A DNA stretch of 4,110 nucleotides from a virus (lineage: Duplodnaviria > Heunggongvirae > Uroviricota > Caudoviricetes): the IMG/VR virus record IMGVR_UViG_2568526230_000001, positions 1 to 4,110 of that record; one strand, written 5' to 3'. Of this stretch, positions 1-4,110 are shown one piece after another (positions within the stretch are counted from its first letter, which is position 1; each line of letters starts with the position of its first letter). The position numbers were made by a program, and so were the translations under genes. The notes beneath the pieces were generated by a model. That model was not told where the DNA came from, searched no databases, and saw only the letters and a program-made list of their open reading frames with translations.

Positions 1-570
1 GTCTGAAACGCAGGCTGCAACGCCGAAAGCAGTAAAGGCCGCGTATGACCTTGCTAACGGTAAATATACTGCGCAGGATGCCAGCACGACGCGAAAAGGC
101 CTTGTCCAGCTCAGTAGCGCCACCAACAGCGCGTCTGAAACGCAGGCTGCAACGCCGAAAGCAGTAAAGGCCGCGTATGACCTTGCTAACGGAAAATATA
201 CTGCGCAGGATGCCAGCACGACGCGAAAAGGCCTTGTCCAGCTCAGTAGCGCCACCAACAGCGCGTCTGAAACGCAGGCTGCAACGCCGAAAGCAGTAAA
301 GGCCGCGTATGACCTTGCTAACGGTAAATATACTGCGCAGGATGCCAGCACGACGCGAAAAGGCCTTGTCCAGCTCAGTAGCGCCACCAACAGCACGTCT
401 GAAACGCAGGCTGCAACGCCGAAAGCAGTAAAGGCCGCGTATGACCTTGCTAACGCAAAATATACCGCTCAGGACGCCACGACGGCACAAAAAGGGATAG
501 TCCAGCTCAGTAGTGCCACCAACAGCACGTCTGAAACACTGGCCGCGACATCGAAAGCTGTTAAGGCGGT
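1..570 (+). repeat. Tandem direct repeats, 132-bp period, about 4.3 copies, in frame within the tail fiber gene (44-aa shaft repeat)
   Basis: The motif gtctgaaacgcaggctgcaacgccgaaagcagtaaaggccgcgtatgacc... recurs at 1, 133, 265, 397 and 529. Copies 1-3 are near-identical, copy 4 is diverged and copy 5 is partial. Frame 2 translation gives [44 protein letters not shown] per unit with no stops. This resembles the phage tail fibre repeat family (recalled from memory, not searched). Confidence 0.9.
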
Positions 571-1921
571 AATGGATGAAACGAACAAGAAAGCGCCCTT
601 AAATAGTCCTGCACTGACCGGAACGCCAACAACACCAACTGCGCGACAGGGAACGAATAATACCCAAATCGCAAGCACGGCTTTCGTTATGGCTGCGATT
701 GCCGCCCTTGTAGATTCGTCACCTGATGCACTGAACACGCTGAACGAGCTGGCTGCGGCGCTGGGCAACGACCCGAATTTTGCGACCACCATGACTAACG
801 CGCTTGCGGGTAAGCAACCGAAAGATGCCACCCTGACGGCGCTGGCCGGACTTACTACTGCGGCAGGCAAGTTTCCGTATTTTACGGGGAATGATGTCGC
901 CAGCCTGGCAACCCTGACAAAAGTCGGGCGGGATATTCTTGCGAAATCGACCGTTGCTGCCGTTATCGAATACCTCGGTTTACGAGAACTCGGCACAAGC
1001 GGGGAGAAAATACCGTTACTCAGTACAGCGAATACCTGGACTAATCGACAAACATTCAGCGGTGGCCTTTCTGGTGAACTATCCGGCAATGCTTCTACAG
1101 CTGCAAAATTAAAAACTGCCAGGAAAATAAGCAATGTGGCTTTTGATGGTTCCTCCGATATCACATTAAAAGCAAGTCATGTTGGTGCGTTTGCCTTAGG
1201 GAAAACAGGAAGCACCGTTGCGAATGATAAAGCAGTTGGATGGAACTGGAGTAGCGGAGCCTATAACGCAACTATTAGTGGTGCATCAACGTTAATTATT
1301 CATTTTTATATGGGAGAAGGAAGTTGTCCTGCAGCTCAGTTTCGGATTAATTATAAAAATGGCGGTATTTTTTATCGTTCAGCCCGTGATGGTTATGGTT
1401 TTGAAGCCGACTGGTCCGAATTTTACACCACCACCAGAAAACCTTCAGCAGGAGATGTTGGTGCACTGCCGTTATCTGGTGGTCAACTGAATGGTGCACT
1501 GGGTATCGGAACATCCAGTGCTCTTGGCGGTAATTCGATTGTATTGGGTGATAATGACACGGGCTTTAAACAAAATGGCGATGGTAATCTGGATGTTTAT
1601 GCTAATTACGTCCATGTTATGCGCTTTGTTCCCGGAAGCATTCAAAGTAATAAGACCATAAATATTACGGGGCGTGTTAATCCCTCGGATTACGGTAACT
1701 TTGATTCCCGTTATGTGAAAGATGTTCGACTTGGTTCACAGCAATATTATGGAGTGAACAACTGGCGAACATGGAATTTCCAGTGCCCTTCAGGTCATGT
1801 ATTGTCTGGTATTAATGTTCAGGATACAGGGTCTAACTCTGCCGATAATATAGCGGGTGTTTATTACAGACCCGTTCAAAAGTATATAAATGGCACCTGG
1901 TATAATGTAGCGAGCGTTTAA
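2..1921 (+). CDS. Side tail fiber protein, 5'-partial (constant shaft plus currently expressed variable C-terminal tip, cassette A)
   Basis: Frame 2 is open from the window edge to the TAA at 1919-1921. The ORF track starts at Met-572 only because that is the first ATG; the upstream frame is open and encodes the 44-aa repeats. The C-terminal half is AT-richer and ends in the conserved motif [17 protein letters not shown]. It resembles E. coli prophage Stf-family fibers (recognition from memory). Confidence 0.88.
   Translation, partial: SETQAATPKAVKAAYDLANGKYTAQDASTTRKGLVQLSSATNSASETQAATPKAVKAAYDLANGKYTAQDASTTRKGLVQLSSATNSASETQAATPKAVKAAYDLANGKYTAQDASTTRKGLVQLSSATNSTSETQAATPKAVKAAYDLANAKYTAQDATTAQKGIVQLSSATNSTSETLAATSKAVKAVMDETNKKAPLNSPALTGTPTTPTARQGTNNTQIASTAFVMAAIAALVDSSPDALNTLNELAAALGNDPNFATTMTNALAGKQPKDATLTALAGLTTAAGKFPYFTGNDVASLATLTKVGRDILAKSTVAAVIEYLGLRELGTSGEKIPLLSTANTWTNRQTFSGGLSGELSGNASTAAKLKTARKISNVAFDGSSDITLKASHVGAFALGKTGSTVANDKAVGWNWSSGAYNATISGASTLIIHFYMGEGSCPAAQFRINYKNGGIFYRSARDGYGFEADWSEFYTTTRKPSAGDVGALPLSGGQLNGALGIGTSSALGGNSIVLGDNDTGFKQNGDGNLDVYANYVHVMRFVPGSIQSNKTINITGRVNPSDYGNFDSRYVKDVRLGSQQYYGVNNWRTWNFQCPSGHVLSGINVQDTGSNSADNIAGVYYRPVQKYINGTWYNVASV
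589..1041. repeat. Left arm of long perfect inverted repeat (partner 3658-4110); coding, conserved fiber region
   Basis: The reverse complement of 3658-4110 matches 589-1041 base for base in every stretch compared by eye (590-690, 689-760, 761-1040). The first mismatch is at 1042 (ctaat vs ccaat). The outer boundary cannot be determined because the right copy runs off the window at 4110. Confidence 0.9.
963..988. other. Putative recombination (crossover) site for a Din-family serine invertase, left copy (gix/cix/pix/hix-like)
   Basis: TTATCGAATACC-TC-GGTTTACGAGAA is a 26-bp imperfect palindrome with 12-bp half-sites around a central TC. It matches Mu gixL (recalled as TTATCCAAAACCTCGGTTTACAGGAA in this orientation) at about 22 of 26 positions. 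It lies in the codons for VIEYLGLRE, so exchange is in frame. Confidence 0.7.
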
Positions 1922-1922
1922 T

Positions 1923-2450
1923 ATGATGCACTTAAAGAACATAAAAGCGGGTAATGCTAAAACACTGGAACAGTATGAGTTAACAAAGAAACACGGAGTT
2001 ATCTGGCTTTACTCTGAGGACGGAAAAAACTGGTATGAGGAAGTGAAAAACTTTCAGCCAGACACCATAAAGATTGTTTACGATGAAAATAATATTATTG
2101 TCGCCATCACCAGAGATGCCTCCACGCTTAATCCCGAAGGTTTTAGCGTCGTCGAGGTTCCCGATATAACGGCCAATCGTCGGACCGATGATTCCGGTAA
2201 GTGGATGTTTAAGGACGGAGCTGTGGTTAAACGGATTTATACGGCTGACGAACAGCAACAACAGGCCGAATCACAAAAGGCCGCATTGCTTTCCGAAGCT
2301 GAATCAGTCATCCAGCCGCTGGAACGCGCTGTCAGGCTGAATATGGCAACAGACGAGGAACGCACACGACTGGAAGCATGGGAACGCTACAGTGTTCTGG
2401 TCAACCGTGTGGATACGGCAAATCCTGAATGGCCACAAAAGCCTGAATAA
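1923..2450 (+). CDS. Tail fiber assembly protein (Tfa/U-like chaperone) cognate to cassette A
   Basis: A 175-aa ORF starting ATGATG one nucleotide after the fiber stop (TAA-t-ATG). The N-terminus [14 protein letters not shown]...[13 protein letters not shown] is typical of Tfa proteins of lambdoid/e14/Mu-type phages and is paralogous to the - strand ORF 2479-3012. Confidence 0.85.
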   Translation: MMHLKNIKAGNAKTLEQYELTKKHGVIWLYSEDGKNWYEEVKNFQPDTIKIVYDENNIIVAITRDASTLNPEGFSVVEVPDITANRRTDDSGKWMFKDGAVVKRIYTADEQQQQAESQKAALLSEAESVIQPLERAVRLNMATDEERTRLEAWERYSVLVNRVDTANPEWPQKPE

Positions 2451-2455
2451 AAATT

Positions 2456-2475
2456 AAGGCCCGTTATCGGGCCTT
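2456..2475. terminator. Putative bidirectional intrinsic terminator hairpin between the convergent tfa genes
   Basis: A perfect 8-bp GC-rich stem (aaggcccg / cgggcctt) with loop ttat. On the - strand transcript it is followed by AAUUUUUAUU. On the + strand the downstream U tract is weak (gucucauu), so the call is stronger for the - direction. Confidence 0.55.
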
Positions 2476-2478
2476 GTC

Positions 2479-3012
2479 TCATTCAGGTTGTTCGGGAAAT
2501 GTTACTGGCAGGCTGGAGGTGTCTGTGGATTCGACTTTCTGCGCATAGAGCATCCACTCGGTTAATTTTTGTTTATTCTCGTCGGAAATGATGCCCAGCC
2601 GTAGCTGTGAGTCCCATAGCTGAGTTTTATCCCTGACAAGTTGCAACAGGCTCTGCTTTTCATTTTCCGCTTGTTGCCTCTGCTCTTCCTCGGTATAAGT
2701 TCGCTTTACCACTACGCCATCTTTGAACATCCATTTCCCCGAAATATCAGCCCGGCGATTTGCTGTAATATCAGGTAATTCAACGACGCTTGCGCCTTCC
2801 GGATTAATTGCTGAAACATCCTTTTCAATACAAATAATAACGCCGTTATGGTCATAGACCATTTTCAAAGTGTCTGGCTGGAAATTCTTTTGTTCCTCAT
2901 ACCAGTTTTTTCCATCAGCTGAATAAAGCCATTTGATGTTAAATTGCTTTGTTAGCTGGTATTGCTCTTTTGTTTTAGGGTTGCCAGCAGTAATGTTTTT
3001 TAAGTGCATCAT
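2479..3012 (-). CDS. Tail fiber assembly protein (Tfa/U'-like chaperone) cognate to cassette B
   Basis: A 177-aa ORF beginning MMHLKNITAGNPKTKEQYQLTKQ... The N-terminal roughly 110 aa are highly similar to the + strand Tfa and the C-terminal roughly 60 aa are divergent. A GGGGAG Shine-Dalgarno-like motif lies upstream of the ATGATG, which sits 2 nt after the stop of the upstream - strand fiber cassette. Confidence 0.85.
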   Translation of the reverse strand: MMHLKNITAGNPKTKEQYQLTKQFNIKWLYSADGKNWYEEQKNFQPDTLKMVYDHNGVIICIEKDVSAINPEGASVVELPDITANRRADISGKWMFKDGVVVKRTYTEEEQRQQAENEKQSLLQLVRDKTQLWDSQLRLGIISDENKQKLTEWMLYAQKVESTDTSSLPVTFPEQPE

Positions 3013-3014
3013 CG

Positions 3015-4110
3015 TTAAATACTCCCCGCGTTATACCACGTCCCATTAATGCAATACTGAATTGGCCTTGCCTGTGTTGTATCAATTAATTCATCACGGT
3101 TTCCGTTAACTGAACCCGTAACGACATAACCTGACCTGTCAGACCAGCCGGGACCATTCCATGTCTGAACAGATGACAGACCGCCAAGGCGAATACCTGT
3201 AATAAACCTTGAGTTACATTCTGTCCGCGTATATGCACCAACATCTCCCGCTGAAGGTTTTCGTGTCGTGGTATAGAAATCTGACCAACCTAATTCAAAC
3301 CCATAACCATCACGAGCCGACCTGTAGGAAATGCCACCATTTTTATAATTCACACGGAATTGTACGGCAGGACAGCTACCAGCATTTATATTAAAGTGAA
3401 GAATTAATGCAGATGCACCACCAATCATGGCGTTATATGCACCACTATCCCAATTCCATCCAACGGATGTATCACCATTAACAGTATTACCTGTTTGTCG
3501 GAGTGCAAATGCATTGACATTTTTGGCACTAATTGAAATATCGCTAGAACCATCAAAACCAACTCCAGCAATTTTTCGTGCTGTTTTCAGCTTTGTTGCA
3601 GTAGCGGCATTGCCGGACAGTTCCCCAGAAAGGCCACCGCTGAATGTTTGTCGATTGGTCCAGGTATTCGCTGTACTGAGTAACGGTATTTTCTCCCCGC
3701 TTGTGCCGAGTTCTCGTAAACCGAGGTATTCGATAACGGCAGCAACGGTCGATTTCGCAAGAATATCCCGCCCGACTTTTGTCAGGGTTGCCAGGCTGGC
3801 GACATCATTCCCCGTAAAATACGGAAACTTGCCTGCCGCAGTAGTAAGTCCGGCCAGCGCCGTCAGGGTGGCATCTTTCGGTTGCTTACCCGCAAGCGCG
3901 TTAGTCATGGTGGTCGCAAAATTCGGGTCGTTGCCCAGCGCCGCAGCCAGCTCGTTCAGCGTGTTCAGTGCATCAGGTGACGAATCTACAAGGGCGGCAA
4001 TCGCAGCCATAACGAAAGCCGTGCTTGCGATTTGGGTATTATTCGTTCCCTGTCGCGCAGTTGGTGTTGTTGGCGTTCCGGTCAGTGCAGGACTATTTAA
4101 GGGCGCTTTC
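3015..4110 (-). CDS. Alternative side tail fiber C-terminal cassette (cassette B, Sv'-like), 5'-partial, currently in the silent orientation
   Basis: The - strand frame is open from the window edge (4110) to the TAA at 3015-3017. The first roughly 150 codons in the window are identical to the + strand fiber (inverted repeat), followed by a diverged homologous region and then a unique tip. It ends in ...RPIQYCINGTWYNAGSI, conserved with cassette A. Met-4010 from the ORF track corresponds to internal Met-689 of the + strand gene, so it is probably not the true start. Confidence 0.8.
   Translation of the reverse strand, partial: KAPLNSPALTGTPTTPTARQGTNNTQIASTAFVMAAIAALVDSSPDALNTLNELAAALGNDPNFATTMTNALAGKQPKDATLTALAGLTTAAGKFPYFTGNDVASLATLTKVGRDILAKSTVAAVIEYLGLRELGTSGEKIPLLSTANTWTNRQTFSGGLSGELSGNAATATKLKTARKIAGVGFDGSSDISISAKNVNAFALRQTGNTVNGDTSVGWNWDSGAYNAMIGGASALILHFNINAGSCPAVQFRVNYKNGGISYRSARDGYGFELGWSDFYTTTRKPSAGDVGAYTRTECNSRFITGIRLGGLSSVQTWNGPGWSDRSGYVVTGSVNGNRDELIDTTQARPIQYCINGTWYNAGSI
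3658..4110. repeat. Right arm of long perfect inverted repeat (partner 589-1041)
   Basis: See the left arm. Coordinates pair as p and 4699-p. The arm extends to the window edge and may continue beyond it. Confidence 0.9.
3711..3736. other. Putative invertase recombination site, right copy (inverted relative to 963-988)
   Basis: TTCTCGTAAACC-GA-GGTATTCGATAA is the exact reverse complement of the 963-988 site. The central dinucleotide is identical to the left site in inverted orientation, as required for inversion rather than deletion. Confidence 0.7.

Larger units (their letters stand above)
975..3724. other. Predicted invertible DNA segment (about 2.75 kb) carrying two convergent fiber-tip plus Tfa cassettes
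   Basis: The segment is bounded by inverted 26-bp invertase-type sites whose central dinucleotides are at 975-976 and 3723-3724. The internal gene order Sv-tfa / tfa'-Sv' mirrors the Mu G segment (Sv-U / U'-Sv'). The - strand cassette lacks a start context of its own inside the segment. Confidence 0.75.

Noticed and set aside
1-570. Regular 132-bp repeats as a possible CRISPR array or satellite
   Set aside because: The units are contiguous with no unique spacers. The period is a multiple of three and the array is in frame with the downstream fiber ORF, encoding a known type of fiber shaft repeat.
572-574. Met-572 (ORF track) and Met-4010 as true translation starts of the two fiber genes
   Set aside because: Both reading frames are open to the window edges, and upstream sequence encodes bona fide fiber repeats or constant region. 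The Met codons are internal, and the real starts are outside the window.
469-1164. 231-aa ORF on the - strand from the six-frame track
   Set aside because: It lies entirely antisense to the tail fiber coding sequence, including the in-frame 132-bp repeats and the conserved inverted-repeat region. Its alanine/valine/serine-rich translation is the typical mirror of a GC-rich sense frame, and it has no independent support.
1980-2261. 93-aa ORF on the - strand inside tfa
   Set aside because: It is antisense to a well-supported Tfa gene that has a paralog on the other strand. It is short and its product has no recognisable features.
3195-3222. Possible third invertase half-site (acctgtaataaacc-tt-gagttacattct) inside cassette B, which would make a multi-segment shufflon
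   Set aside because: Only the left half resembles the TTCCTGTAAACC consensus, the right half is poor, and there is no inverted partner within the window. It is most likely a chance match.
3209-3394. 61-aa ORF on the + strand inside fiber cassette B
   Set aside because: It is antisense to the cassette B coding frame. The His/Cys-rich translation looks like a chance open frame in AT-rich sequence.
589-4110. Long inverted repeats as terminal repeats of a composite transposon or IS-flanked element
   Set aside because: The repeats are protein-coding fiber sequence, no transposase is present, and they contain invertase-type 26-bp sites. Site-specific inversion explains the structure better.

Overview
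This window is the distal end of a phage or prophage side tail fiber locus arranged as a site-specific invertible host-range switch, of the same class as the Mu G, P1 C and e14 P segments. Reading left to right: (i) the 3' part of a tail fiber gene on the + strand, whose shaft is encoded by about 4.3 tandem 132-bp (44-aa) repeats at 1-570; (ii) a conserved block at 589-1041 that recurs as a perfect inverted copy at 3658-4110 and runs to the window edge; (iii) a variable fiber-tip cassette (to 1921) followed by its tail fiber assembly chaperone gene (1923-2450) on the + strand; (iv) a small hairpin terminator at 2456-2475; (v) a second chaperone gene (2479-3012) and a second, shorter fiber-tip cassette (3015-4110+) on the - strand, convergent with the first pair. 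Inside each arm of the inverted repeat is a 26-bp imperfect palindrome (963-988 and 3711-3736) that closely resembles the crossover sites of Gin/Cin/Pin/Hin-type serine invertases. Inversion between these sites (about 975 to 3724) would swap the expressed tip and chaperone pair in frame. No invertase gene lies in the window; it is expected just outside, most likely to the right. The architecture is a known class rather than a new system, and the proteins resemble E. coli lambdoid/e14-type Stf and Tfa proteins from memory. The points worth follow-up are the long perfect repeat extending outside the crossover sites, the graded homology between the two cassettes, and the repeat-encoded shaft.
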